NCBI GenBank assembly: GCA_001790955.1
Contig: MGDP01000055.1
Span: 1 to 56,996 of the forward strand
DNA: 56,996 nt
From: Candidatus Tectomicrobia bacterium RIFCSPLOWO2_12_FULL_69_37
GTDB lineage: Bacteria; UBA8248
Reading direction: 5' to 3'
In this document: in pieces, positions 22,133 through 31,591 of the stretch
How positions within the stretch are numbered: the stretch's first letter is position 1
Layout: every line of letters starts with the position of its first letter
Program-made: the position numbers and the translations under genes
Notes under the pieces: generated by a model
Told to the model about the DNA's origin: nothing
What the model saw: only the letters and a program-made list of their open reading frames with translations
The model's database searches: none

Positions 22133-24034
22133 ATGCTGCGCTTTTTCCGGGAACGGGGAAACAGTTGGATTCTCAAGGGTTTGTTGGGCCTGGTGGCGCT
22201 CACCTTCATCTCCTGGGGCGGATTCACCCTGGTCCAGGGTCCTGCCGCCGTAGGCGGAAAGGTGGTGGCTTGGGTGAACGACACCCCCATCAGCCAGCAG
22301 GAGTACGACGGGACCTATTACCGCCAGGTGGAGGCGCTGCGCCGCCAGCTCGGGGCGCAATTCAAGGATGAACTGATCCAGCAGCTCGGGGTCCGCCAGC
22401 AGGTGCTGGCGAGCCTGGTCTCGGAGAAGCTTCAGCTTCAGGAGGCCGGGCGGCTCGGCATCCGAGTGAGCGATGCGGAGGTCGCCCTGCGCATCCAGGA
22501 GGTGGCGGCCTTCCAGCGCGGCGGGCGCTTCGACCCCGCCATCTACCGCCAGATGCTCGAGGCGAACCGCCTGAGCCCCCGGCAGTTCGAGGAGGCGCAG
22601 CGCAGCGACATCATCACCGATCGGCTGCGCCGCTACATCGGCATGGCGGCCTCGGTGAGCGAGGTCGAAGTGCGCGAGGCTTACCGCCTGCTCAACGAGC
22701 GGATCAAGGTAGCGGCCCTTTCCGTCTCGCCGGAGAGCTTCGAGAAGGAGGCGGCCGCCCAGGCGTCGGAAAAGGACCTCCGCGAGCACTACGAGAAGGA
22801 CAAGGAGAAGTTCCGCATCGGGCCCCAGCGCAAGGCGCAGTGGTGGTATCTCTCCTTTGAGGCCGTGCTCCCCCGCGTGGCCTTCTCGGATCGGGATCTC
22901 AAGGAGCGCCACGAGCAGACGCGCTCGCGCTACGCCCTGGCCGAGCAGGTGACGCTGAGCCAGATCTTCCTCAAACTTCCCCCCGACGGGAAGCCGGAGC
23001 AGGCCGAGGCGGCGAGGAAGAAGCTCCAGGGGCTCCGGGATCAGGTCCGCAAGGGGGCCGATTTCGCCGCCCTCGCCAAGGCGAACTCGCAGGACCCCTC
23101 CGCCTCCAAGGGCGGCGACATGGGCACTTTCAAGCGGGGAGAGATGATTCCCGATCTGGAGAAGGTCGTCTTCGCTCTCAAGAAGGGGGAGGTGAGCGGC
23201 CCCGTGCGCACCGCCTTCGGCTATCATCTCGTCCTCGTCCGGGAGCGTCAGGACGCCCGCCAGCGTCCCTTCGAGGAGGCCCGGGCCGAGGTGGAGAAGG
23301 AGCTGCGCCAGGTGAAGGCCAAGGCTCTGGCCCGTGACGAGCTGCGGAAGGTGCGCTACGCCGTCGAGGACAAGAAGCCCGCTCCGGCCATCCCGGGTCT
23401 CGGCGCGGGAGAGTCCGGCTTCTTCGCCCAGGATTCCCCGCCCTCGGCTTTGCCCGAAAGGGAAAGAATGGCCGAGATCGTCTTCCGGATCGGGAAAAAG
23501 GGGGACATCTCCTCCGAGGCCGAGGGAGAGAAGGGCTGGCTGTTCGCCCGGCTGGTGGACACGCGCGGCGCCCGCGTCCCCGCGTTCGATGAGGTTGCCG
23601 CGGAAGTCCGGAAAAGCTGGTTGGAGGGGAAAACCGTTCAAATCGCCCGCGCCAGGGCCGAGGGCTGGCTGCGGGAGATCAAGGAGGGCAAGCGGACTCT
23701 CGAGAGCCTGGCCAAGGTGCTGAAGGCCAAGCTCATCACGCCCGAGCCGTTCGCCCGCCCCGGCGTCCCGCAGGAGCTGAACGCCGGAACAGAGGCGGTG
23801 CGGTCAATCTTCCGCCTCCGCAAGCGCGAGGCGGAGCGCGTCTTCGCCGGGCGGAACGTCCTTCTCGTCCAATGCCTGGAGCCCGCCTCCCTCGACATGG
23901 CGAAATTTTCCCGGGAGAAGGGCTCGATCCGCGAGCAGCTGCTCCAGGAGAGGCAGCGCCTTCTCTTCCTGCGGCACCTGGAAGGGCTCCGCCAGGCGGC
24001 CAAGCTCCGCCTGGAGAGCGGGTTCAGCCTCTGA
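22133..24034 (+). CDS. ppiD: PpiD-like periplasmic chaperone (SurA N-terminal domain + parvulin PPIase), membrane anchored
   Basis: Internal ATG at 22133 (MLRFFRERGNSWILKGLLGLVALTFISWG anchor). Parvulin domain is DFAALAKANSQDPSASKGGDMGTF...GPVRTAFGYHLVLV. Confidence 0.8.
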   Translation: MLRFFRERGNSWILKGLLGLVALTFISWGGFTLVQGPAAVGGKVVAWVNDTPISQQEYDGTYYRQVEALRRQLGAQFKDELIQQLGVRQQVLASLVSEKLQLQEAGRLGIRVSDAEVALRIQEVAAFQRGGRFDPAIYRQMLEANRLSPRQFEEAQRSDIITDRLRRYIGMAASVSEVEVREAYRLLNERIKVAALSVSPESFEKEAAAQASEKDLREHYEKDKEKFRIGPQRKAQWWYLSFEAVLPRVAFSDRDLKERHEQTRSRYALAEQVTLSQIFLKLPPDGKPEQAEAARKKLQGLRDQVRKGADFAALAKANSQDPSASKGGDMGTFKRGEMIPDLEKVVFALKKGEVSGPVRTAFGYHLVLVRERQDARQRPFEEARAEVEKELRQVKAKALARDELRKVRYAVEDKKPAPAIPGLGAGESGFFAQDSPPSALPERERMAEIVFRIGKKGDISSEAEGEKGWLFARLVDTRGARVPAFDEVAAEVRKSWLEGKTVQIARARAEGWLREIKEGKRTLESLAKVLKAKLITPEPFARPGVPQELNAGTEAVRSIFRLRKREAERVFAGRNVLLVQCLEPASLDMAKFSREKGSIREQLLQERQRLLFLRHLEGLRQAAKLRLESGFSL

Positions 24035-24074
24035 TCGCGTTCGGACGGCTGATTCGGAAAGCGCCGCGGAGCGG

Positions 24075-24389
24075 CTAGCGCCAAAAGTCCTCGCGGTCCT
24101 CGGGCCGCACCTCGTGCTTCTCCTGGATCCGTTTGTCGAATTCCTTGGCGGTTTCCTTCCTCCGGGCCTCCTGCTGGGCCATGAGCTCCTTGAGACCCGG
24201 TGTTTTCTTCTTGGCGGCCTCGGCGAAAGGGTCCCGCACCTGGTGGCGCGCGATGGAGACGAGGTCGCCCCGGATCTCGATCTTGATCTGGTTTCCGGGG
24301 CCCACCCCGAGCGCCTTCATCACCTCCTTGGGTAGGTGGATGCGCCCCCCCTCGCCGACTTCCATCACGTGACCTGGATTCTCGTTCAT
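24075..24389 (-). CDS. AbrB/MazE/SpoVT-type DNA-binding domain protein with a charged C-terminal tail
   Basis: 104 aa. GRIHLPKEVMKALGVGPGNQIKIEIRGDLVSI swapped-hairpin motif. No adjacent toxin-like ORF. Confidence 0.65.
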   Translation of the reverse strand: MNENPGHVMEVGEGGRIHLPKEVMKALGVGPGNQIKIEIRGDLVSIARHQVRDPFAEAAKKKTPGLKELMAQQEARRKETAKEFDKRIQEKHEVRPEDREDFWR

Positions 24390-24420
24390 CGCCGCGAATC
24401 CTCTTTCGCGCGCCCCGGCG

Positions 24421-26982
24421 CTAGCCCCAGGTGAGAAGGTGCAGGTCCAGGGGCTGGGGAAGGTCGGGGTTGTTCGGGAGCACCCGGACCGCGACCCCGC
24501 GCGAACCGGCAGTGTCGCAGGTGAACTCTCCCTGGAACCGGTAGGTGCCGTTGCCCAGGTCGCCGGCGACCGTCATGGGGGTGGTCTTCCCCTCGGTGAT
24601 CCGGTGGGAGGAGTCGATGGAGCCGTGGTAGACCTCCACGCGGACGTCGGTGGGGCCCAGGGGGCCGATCTCCACGTCCGCCCCCACCTGCAGGGGCGTC
24701 CCCACCGACACAACGCCGTTGCGGTCCACCGTGATGTTACGCACCTGGACCCGCGGCCAGGCTTCCCGGACCTTCGCCTTCCACACGGCGAGCGAGCGGG
24801 CCGGCGCGAGGTTGTCGCTGATGAGGTAGGAGCGGTGCCGGGCGAGGGGGAGGTAGAAGCGTTCCGCGTACTCGCGCACCATGCGGTTCGTGTTGAAGAC
24901 CGGCGCCAAGCTCTTCAGGGAGGCGCGCATCATCTCCACCCATCCCCGGGGAATCCCGTCCGAGGAGCGGTCGTAGAAGAGCGGGACGATCTCCTGCTCC
25001 AGCCGGTCGAAGAGGTTGTCGCACTCCACCTTGTCCTGGTAGCCGGCGTCCTGGTACTCCTCGCCCGCCCCGATGGACCACCCGCGGTCGCTGCGGTAGC
25101 CCTCGGCCCACCAGCCGTCCAGGACGCTCAGGTTCAGCGCGGCGTTGGCGGCCACTTTCATGCCGCTCGTGCCGCTGGCCTCCTGGGGGCGCCTCGGGTT
25201 GTTGAGCCACAGGTCCACGCCCTGGACGAGGTGGCGCGCGACTTCAATGTCGTAGTCCTCGAGGAAGACCACCCGCCGCCGGACGGCGGGCTGGCGGGCG
25301 AAGTTGATGAGGTCGCGGATGAAGGACTTTCCCTCAGTGTCGCGCGGGTGGGCCTTCCCGGCGAAGATGAGCTGGAGGGGCCGCTCCTTGTTCGTGAGGA
25401 GGGCGATCAGCCGGTCGGGCTGCTGGAGGAGGAGGGTGGCCCGCTTGTAAGTGGCGAAGCGCCGGGCGAAGCCGATGGTGAGGGTGCTCGGCTCGAGGAT
25501 CTCGGAGGCCAGGTCGAGATGGCCGTGGGAGAGGCCCCGGCCCTTCCACCGCTGGTGAAGGTGCTGGCGGCAGAAGCTGACGAGGCTCTCGCGCGCCCGC
25601 TCCTGGGTGAGCCAGAGCTCGGTGGCCGGGATGCGGTCCACGCGCTCCCAGGTCTCCGGGTGGTCGGGCTCGCTCATCCAGCGGGGACCGAGGTAGCGGT
25701 TGAGGAGGTTCTTCATCTCGGGTGAGACCCAGGTCGGCAGGTGGACGCCGTTCGTGATCGAGGAGATGGGGACCTCGTCCGCCGGGAGGTTCGCCCAGAG
25801 GTTGGTCCACATCCGCCGCGAGACATCCCCGTGGAGACGGCTCACCCCGTTCGCGCCGGAGGAGTGGCGCAACGCCAGGATGGCGACGTTGAAGGGCTCC
25901 TCCATGTTGGCGGGGTTGGACCGCCCGAAGCCCATGAATTCCTCCCAGCTCACCCCCAGCGAGGCCGCTTGAGAGCGGAAGTATTTCTCCATCAGGCCGG
26001 GCGGGAAGATGTCGATCCCGGCCGGGACGGGGGTGTGGGTTGTGAAGACGTTGCCGGCAGAGGTCATCTCCCGCGCCGTCCGGAAGTCGATACCGAACTT
26101 CTCCATCGACACCCGGATCCGCTCCAGCGCGAGGAAGGCCGAGTGGCCCTCGTTCATGTGGCAGACCACGGGTGGCAGGTTCAGCTTGTGGAGCATGCGC
26201 ACGCCGCCCACGCCGAGGAGGATCTCCTGGCGGATGCGGGTCTCCATGTCCCCGCCGTAGAGGGCCAAGGTGACTTCGCGCATCGGAGGGGTGTTTTCGG
26301 GGAGGTTGGCGTCCATGAGGAAGATGGGGACACGCCCGACCTGGACCTTCCAGATCTGCGCCTTGAGCACGCCGTCGGGGAACTCCACCTCGACCGTGAC
26401 GGGGTGGCCCTGCGGGTCCCGCACCAGGCGAAGGCACATGTTGTGGAAATCGTTGTCCGGGTAGCGCTCCTGCTGCCAGCCGTCGGCGCTGAGGTACTGG
26501 CGGAAATAGCCTTGCTGGTAGAGCAGGCCCACGCCCACCAGGGGAAGCCCCAGGTCGCTCGCCGACTTCATGTGATCGCCGGCGAGGAGGCCGAGGCCGC
26601 CCGAGTAGTTTGGGATGGACTCCGTCAGGCCGAACTCCATGCTGAAGTAGGCGATTCGCAGGTCGGGGATGCCGCTCTCGCCGAAGCTCTTCTGGTACCA
26701 GCGCGGCTCGGTCATGTAGGTGCGCAGCTCCTGCAGCACGCTCTGGAGCTCGCTGAGGATGCCTTCGTCCTTCGCGGCCTCGTTCAGCGTCTTCTGGGAG
26801 AGGCGGCCGAGCATCCGGACGGGGTTGTGCTGGGACGCGTCCCATTCGTCCCCTCCGATCTGGGCGAAGAGGGCCCGGGCCCGGGCGCTCCAGTCGAAGG
26901 CGATGTTGTAGGCGATCTCCTCCAGGTCCTTGAGCTGGGCCGGGAGGGTGGGGACGACTTGGAACGGGATGACGGTGTTCAT
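24421..26982 (-). CDS. glgP: alpha-glucan family phosphorylase (GT35)
   Basis: 853 aa. EASGTSGMKVAANAALNLSVLDGWW PLP-lysine motif and an N-terminal DUF3417-type region. Confidence 0.9.
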   Translation of the reverse strand: MNTVIPFQVVPTLPAQLKDLEEIAYNIAFDWSARARALFAQIGGDEWDASQHNPVRMLGRLSQKTLNEAAKDEGILSELQSVLQELRTYMTEPRWYQKSFGESGIPDLRIAYFSMEFGLTESIPNYSGGLGLLAGDHMKSASDLGLPLVGVGLLYQQGYFRQYLSADGWQQERYPDNDFHNMCLRLVRDPQGHPVTVEVEFPDGVLKAQIWKVQVGRVPIFLMDANLPENTPPMREVTLALYGGDMETRIRQEILLGVGGVRMLHKLNLPPVVCHMNEGHSAFLALERIRVSMEKFGIDFRTAREMTSAGNVFTTHTPVPAGIDIFPPGLMEKYFRSQAASLGVSWEEFMGFGRSNPANMEEPFNVAILALRHSSGANGVSRLHGDVSRRMWTNLWANLPADEVPISSITNGVHLPTWVSPEMKNLLNRYLGPRWMSEPDHPETWERVDRIPATELWLTQERARESLVSFCRQHLHQRWKGRGLSHGHLDLASEILEPSTLTIGFARRFATYKRATLLLQQPDRLIALLTNKERPLQLIFAGKAHPRDTEGKSFIRDLINFARQPAVRRRVVFLEDYDIEVARHLVQGVDLWLNNPRRPQEASGTSGMKVAANAALNLSVLDGWWAEGYRSDRGWSIGAGEEYQDAGYQDKVECDNLFDRLEQEIVPLFYDRSSDGIPRGWVEMMRASLKSLAPVFNTNRMVREYAERFYLPLARHRSYLISDNLAPARSLAVWKAKVREAWPRVQVRNITVDRNGVVSVGTPLQVGADVEIGPLGPTDVRVEVYHGSIDSSHRITEGKTTPMTVAGDLGNGTYRFQGEFTCDTAGSRGVAVRVLPNNPDLPQPLDLHLLTWG

Positions 26983-27039
26983 GGCCCTTCCGTTCTCGTT
27001 AGAGGATGCCGCCGGGCGCCGCCGGGACGGCCCAAGGAA

Positions 27040-27450
27040 CTATGGCTTCCCCCCCGCGAGGCCGTAGGCGCCCTTCTCCCGAAGCGCGACGTTGGGTCCC
27101 GGCGGGGAGTAGATGACGATGTACTTGAGCGGCTTGCCCGGCCCGCTGCTGATCTGGTGCATAGCGCCGGGGGGGACGAAGATTGCGTCTCCCTCCCCGA
27201 AGGGGATGGTCTCGCCCTCGATCACGATCCGGCCCGATCCGCTCAGGATGTAGAATGCGTGTTCCTCCCCGTCGTGCTTGTGCGCCGCCGAGGTCAGCCC
27301 CGGCCCGAACTCGTTGAAGAGGAGGGCGAACTTGCGGGCCCCGACGGTCTGGTCGTCGAGCAGGATCCGGAAGAGGCTGTGCCCGCCGGAAACCGGCAGG
27401 GGCCCGGAGACGGCCTCGCCGGGGCGCACGAGATACTTGGATTGGATCAT
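27040..27450 (-). CDS. cupin domain protein
   Basis: Internal ATG at 27450 of track ORF 27040..28053. 136 aa with HKHDGEEHAFYILSG...GDAIFVPPGAMHQ cupin motifs. ATGA overlap with the thiD stop. Confidence 0.8.
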   Translation of the reverse strand: MIQSKYLVRPGEAVSGPLPVSGGHSLFRILLDDQTVGARKFALLFNEFGPGLTSAAHKHDGEEHAFYILSGSGRIVIEGETIPFGEGDAIFVPPGAMHQISSGPGKPLKYIVIYSPPGPNVALREKGAYGLAGGKP

Positions 27451-28274
27451 GCATCCACCCTTTGGCATGAACGGTACATGTGGTTCAGCGGTCCGCGTCC
27501 CCTGCCGAGGGGGAGGGCGTTCTCGATGGCCCCCTGGATGAACTCCTTGGCGGCCGACACCGCCTCCCGGACGGGCTGGCCCAGAGCCAGGCCCGCGGCG
27601 ATGGCGGCGGAGAGGGTGCAGCCGGTCCCGTGGGTGTGAGGGGTGTCCACCCGCCTGCCCTCGAAGACGGCGAGCTCTCGCCCGTCGAAGAGCACGTCTG
27701 CCGCTCCCAGGGTGATGTGGCCGCCCTTCACGAGCACGTGGCGCGGGCCCAGCCGGTGAAGGGCGCGCGCCGCCTCCTTCATGTCGTCGAGGGTCTGGAT
27801 GGATCGGCCGCCGAGAAGGTCGCGGGCCTCCTCGGTGTTGGGCGTGAGCACCTCGGCCAGGGGCAGGAGCTGGCGGACGAGGGCCTCCCGCGCCTCTGGG
27901 GCGAGGAGGCGGTCGCCGCTCTTGGCCACCATCACCGGGTCCACGACCAGACGCTCCAGGCGGTGCTGGCGGATTTTCTCCGCGACGACTCGTATCACCT
28001 CCGAGGTCGCCAGCATCCCCACCTTGGCCGCCGCCACCGGGAGATCCGAGCACACGGAGTCGAACTGCTGGGCGATGAAGCCGGGGGGCACCGCGTGCAC
28101 GCCCTGCACCCCGAGCGTGTTCTGGGCGGTGAGGGCGGTCAGAACCGAGGCGCCATAGACGCCCAGGGCGCAGAAGGTTTTCAGGTCGGCCTGGATTCCG
28201 GCTCCTCCCCCCGAGTCGGAACCGGCGATGGTCAGCACAACGGGGGGCAGCTGGGTGCCGGGAGGGAGAGGCAA
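27447..28274 (-). CDS. thiD: hydroxymethylpyrimidine/phosphomethylpyrimidine kinase
   Basis: [23 protein letters not shown] and [15 protein letters not shown] motifs. Start is uncertain. I favour TTG 28274, which has GAAAGG 9 nt upstream. The track start ATG 28406 adds 44 aa of low-GC, non-conserved-looking sequence. Confidence 0.85.
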   Translation of the reverse strand: MPLPPGTQLPPVVLTIAGSDSGGGAGIQADLKTFCALGVYGASVLTALTAQNTLGVQGVHAVPPGFIAQQFDSVCSDLPVAAAKVGMLATSEVIRVVAEKIRQHRLERLVVDPVMVAKSGDRLLAPEAREALVRQLLPLAEVLTPNTEEARDLLGGRSIQTLDDMKEAARALHRLGPRHVLVKGGHITLGAADVLFDGRELAVFEGRRVDTPHTHGTGCTLSAAIAAGLALGQPVREAVSAAKEFIQGAIENALPLGRGRGPLNHMYRSCQRVDA

Positions 28275-28463
28275 GGCCGGTGTCCTTTCCGAAAACGCGA
28301 AAACCAACACCTCAGGGGAAGCCCAGCAATTTCCGCCCGTAAGCGTCCGCCGTTTCCCCAATCCCGACAATGTATCACCTTGGGAAAAAAGAAGGAATGT
28401 TCTCATTTCCTTGGGAGAGGGCAGGGCGGGCGCCCGGAGGGCTTTAATTTTGGGTCTTTATTC

Positions 28464-28492
28464 TTGACAAATTTGTTCGGGATTTTTATCCT
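28464..28492 (+). promoter_or_regulatory. candidate sigma70-type promoter for cysK
   Basis: TTGACA (28464..28469), 17-nt spacer, TATCCT (28487..28492). About 50 nt upstream of the cysK ATG at 28543. The -35 lies in a TTGACAA/TTGTCAA near-palindrome shared with the divergent thiD side. Confidence 0.45.
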
Positions 28493-28542
28493 TCTGGCCG
28501 GTGATGCTCAGGGGCGAGCCAAGAAAAAGAGGGAAATCCGCT

Positions 28543-29502
28543 ATGGCATTGGGTACGCGCGGGCGCCCTTCCCAGATTCTCCGGGCCCAGCCCGACATCC
28601 TGGCCCAGGTCGGCGGCACCCCCTTGGTCCGGCTGGGGCGGCTGCCGGACCCCAAGGGCGCGCGCGTCTATGCCAAGCTTGAGCAGTTCAACCCGGGAGG
28701 CAGCGTCAAGGACCGCATCGCCCTGAGCATGGTCCTCGACGCCGAGCGGCGCGGTCTGCTCAAGCCCGGGGGCACCATCCTCGAGCCCACGAGCGGCAAC
28801 ACGGGCATCGGCCTGGCCATGGTGGGGGCCGTGCGGGGCTACCGCGTGATCATCGTCCTCAGCGAGAGCATGAGCCACGAGCGCCACTCCCTCCTGACGA
28901 GCTACGGGGCGGAGGTGGTTTTCAGCTCGGGGGAGGAGGGCATGATGGGCTCGGTGGTCAAGGCCGAGGAGATCCTGGCCGAGCACCCGGACTATTTCAT
29001 GCCCCAGCAGTTCAACAACCCGGCCAACCCCGAGATCCACCGCCGCACCACCGCTCGCGAGGTTCTGCGGGACATGGGCGCCCAGTCCGTGGACGCCTTC
29101 GTGGCCGGGGTCGGCACGGGGGGGACGATCACCGGCGTGGGCGAGGTGCTCAAGGCCAAGCGCGCCGAGACCCGCGTCGTGGCCGTCGAGCCGGCCGGCT
29201 GCGCCGTCCTCTCGGGCGGGAAGGCCGGCCCGCACCAGATCCAGGGGATCGGGGCCGGCTTCGTCCCCCGGGTGCTGAACCGCTCGGTGATCGACCAGAT
29301 CGAAGTGGTCGCGGACCAAGAGGCCTACGACCATTCCAAGGCCCTCAGCCGGCAGGAGGGGATCGCGGCGGGGATCTCCGCCGGGGCGGCCGTCTGCGCG
29401 GCGCTGCGCGTGGCCCGCGAGATGTCGCCGGAGGAGAACGTGGTCGTGGTGCTGCCCGACGGCGCCGAGAGGTATTTCAGCCTGGAGCCCTATTTCCGCT
29501 GA
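28543..29502 (+). CDS. cysK: cysteine synthase A (O-acetylserine sulfhydrylase)
   Basis: Internal ATG at 28543 with AGAGGGA 8 nt upstream. GGTPLVRL...KLEQFNPGGSVKDR PLP-lysine motif and TSGNTGIGLA. Confidence 0.9.
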   Translation: MALGTRGRPSQILRAQPDILAQVGGTPLVRLGRLPDPKGARVYAKLEQFNPGGSVKDRIALSMVLDAERRGLLKPGGTILEPTSGNTGIGLAMVGAVRGYRVIIVLSESMSHERHSLLTSYGAEVVFSSGEEGMMGSVVKAEEILAEHPDYFMPQQFNNPANPEIHRRTTAREVLRDMGAQSVDAFVAGVGTGGTITGVGEVLKAKRAETRVVAVEPAGCAVLSGGKAGPHQIQGIGAGFVPRVLNRSVIDQIEVVADQEAYDHSKALSRQEGIAAGISAGAAVCAALRVAREMSPEENVVVVLPDGAERYFSLEPYFR

Positions 29503-29572
29503 GAGGTGCATCATTTCAGCCGCCGCCCCGGAGCGCGGGAGGCGCGGGGCGGCCATCGAAAGGGAGAGCAAG

Positions 29573-29851
29573 ATGGCGGTTGTGGTCCGGATTCCTACCC
29601 CCTTGCAGGAGTTCTCGCAGCAGAAGGATGCCGTGGAGGTGGAGGGCGAGACGGTCAAGGACGTGCTGGCGAGCCTGGACAAGAAGTGCACGGGCATCCG
29701 CCAGCGCCTCTACGACGAGCAGGGCAAGCTCCGCCGCTTCGTCAACATCTACGTGAACCAGGAGGACATCCGCTTCCTCCAGGGAGAGGGCACCAAGGTA
29801 AAGGGCGGGGACGAGGTGTCGATCGTGCCCGCCATCGCGGGTGGCCGCTGA
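29573..29851 (+). CDS. cysO: MoaD/ThiS-family sulfur carrier protein (CysO-like), C-terminus ...AIAGGR
   Basis: 92 aa beta-grasp-type sequence. Ends GGT GGC CGC TGA, that is Gly-Gly-Arg-stop. Lies between cysK and cysM/mec. RBS GGGAGAG. Confidence 0.8.
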   Translation: MAVVVRIPTPLQEFSQQKDAVEVEGETVKDVLASLDKKCTGIRQRLYDEQGKLRRFVNIYVNQEDIRFLQGEGTKVKGGDEVSIVPAIAGGR

Positions 29852-29894
29852 GGGGCAGGGCCGGTCTGGCGTGAGGTTCGGGATTTCTCCGCGG

Positions 29895-29912
29895 GCGCTT
29901 CCGTGGAAGCGC
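29895..29912 (+). other. short GC hairpin between cysO and cysM
   Basis: GCGCTTCC-GT-GGAAGCGC inverted repeat with no U-tract. Possible mRNA stability or processing element. Confidence 0.25.
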
Positions 29913-29943
29913 GCGCAGCTATTCGCCATAGGGGACGACGGTG

Positions 29944-30882
29944 ATGGTGGAGAGCATGGTTGAGGCTCCTGCCCGTTCCTTCGGCCCGATCGAGGAGGCC
30001 CCGATCCTCGGCCTCATCGGGAACACCCCCCTCGTGCGCGTCCGCCTCCTGGAGGAGGAGTTCCCCCACGTCGAGGTCTGGGCCAAGGCGGAGTGGTTCA
30101 ATCCCGGCGGCTCGGTGAAGGACCGGCCCGCCCTCGCCATGGTGAAGGACGGTCTTGAGCGGGGCCTCCTGCGGCCGGGGGTGACCCTCCTCGACTCCAC
30201 GAGCGGGAACACCGGCATCGCCTACGCCATGATCGGGGCCGCCATCGGGGTCTCCGTGAAGCTCGTGCTGCCGGCGAACGCGAGCCCGGAGCGCAAGGCC
30301 ACGCTGAAGGCGTACGGGGCGGAGATGGTCTTCTCGAGCGCGCTCGAGGGCTCGGACGGCGCCCAGCGCCTCGCCCGGAAGATCTGCGAGGCGGACCCGG
30401 ACCTCTATTTCCTCCCCAACCAGTACGACAACCCGGCCAATCCGCTCGCCCACGAGAACGGGACGGCGGTCGAGATCCTGGAGCAGACGGAGGGGCGCAT
30501 CACCCACTTCGTGGCCGGGCTCGGCACGACGGGTACTCTCGTCGGGACGGGACGCGGGCTCAAGAAGCGCAAGGCGGGCGTCAAGGTGTGCGCCGTCATG
30601 CCGGCGGAGTCCTTCCACGGCCTGGAGGGCATGAAGCACATCCCCACGGCGATCCGGCCCGGGATCTACGATGAATCGGTGCAAGACCATCTGTTCCTGG
30701 CCGGGACGGAGGAGAGCTACCAGCTGGCCGAGCGCTTGGCGCGCGAGGAGGGGATGTTCGTGGGCCACTCCTCCGGCGCGGCCTTGGTGGGGGCGCGGGA
30801 GGTGGCCAAGCGGGTGCGGGGCGGCGTCATCGTCGTCGTCCTCCCGGACGGGGGCGACCGCTACCTGAGCGAGATCCGCTGA
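29944..30882 (+). CDS. cysM: CysM-type cysteine synthase (PLP; probable CysO-thiocarboxylate-dependent sulfhydrylase)
   Basis: GNTPLVRV...KAEWFNPGGSVKDRPA and TSGNTGIAYA. Start is ATG 29944 (GGGGA 8 nt upstream) or GTG 29941. Paired with cysO and mec as in the mycobacterial mec-cysO-cysM set. Confidence 0.85.
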   Translation: MVESMVEAPARSFGPIEEAPILGLIGNTPLVRVRLLEEEFPHVEVWAKAEWFNPGGSVKDRPALAMVKDGLERGLLRPGVTLLDSTSGNTGIAYAMIGAAIGVSVKLVLPANASPERKATLKAYGAEMVFSSALEGSDGAQRLARKICEADPDLYFLPNQYDNPANPLAHENGTAVEILEQTEGRITHFVAGLGTTGTLVGTGRGLKKRKAGVKVCAVMPAESFHGLEGMKHIPTAIRPGIYDESVQDHLFLAGTEESYQLAERLAREEGMFVGHSSGAALVGAREVAKRVRGGVIVVVLPDGGDRYLSEIR

Positions 30883-30894
30883 GGAGGAGGGGCG

Positions 30895-31386
30895 TTGCGG
30901 CTCACCAGGGATCAGGCGGAGATGATGCACGGGCACGCCCGGGCCGCCTACCCCGAGGAGTGCTGCGGCGTCATCGTGGGTCCTCCCCCCGGGGAGGTGA
31001 ACGGCGGCCCGCAAAGGCTCCGTGTGCACCTTCTGCGGAACCTCCAGAACGAGATGCACGCGAAGGACCCGCAGTCCTACCCCCGCACGGCGCGCCGCGC
31101 CTTCCTGATCGACCCCTTCGAGCTGGAGCGCATCCTGCGCGAGGCCAGATCGCGCGGCGAGGTGCTGAGGGGAATCTTCCACAGCCACCCCGACGAGGAG
31201 GCTTACTTCTCCCAGGAGGACCGGGACGCGGCGGTGCCTTTCGGGGACGTGCCCTCCTATCCCGAGGCCGCCCACGTCGTGCTGAGCGTGCGGGAGGGCC
31301 AGGTGAAGGGCGCCAAGGTCTTCCGCTGGGACCCGGCCCGCAGGGACTTCCTCCCGGGCGATCTGGACGTGGTGGAGCGGACGTGA
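30895..31386 (+). CDS. mec: JAMM/MPN+ metalloprotease (Mec-like)
   Basis: 163 aa, TTG start after GGAGGAGG. EECCG glutamate plus HSHPDEEAYFSQED, which matches H-x-H-x7-S-x2-D. Confidence 0.85.
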   Translation: MRLTRDQAEMMHGHARAAYPEECCGVIVGPPPGEVNGGPQRLRVHLLRNLQNEMHAKDPQSYPRTARRAFLIDPFELERILREARSRGEVLRGIFHSHPDEEAYFSQEDRDAAVPFGDVPSYPEAAHVVLSVREGQVKGAKVFRWDPARRDFLPGDLDVVERT

Positions 31387-31591
31387 ATCCCGCCGCGCGG
31401 CTCGTCCGGCCCCCGGCCTGGCGGGACGCTTTTGACGGCGGACCTCTGGCGGAACACCATGGGGCCGGTGCCCCTGCGGCCCGGTCCCCGTTGCGATGCA
31501 TGCGGGACGGGCGCCGCGGAAGTGGCTGCGCCCTGGCTGGCCATCTCCTGAGACGCCCCTCGGGAGCTCCCATGGGGAGGGGAAGACGAAG

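Noticed and set aside
28275-28470. TPP (THI-box) riboswitch upstream of thiD
   Set aside because: The conserved CUGAGA and ACCUGAUCUGGAUAAUGCCAGCG-type core could not be found on the thiD strand. Only generic hairpins are present.
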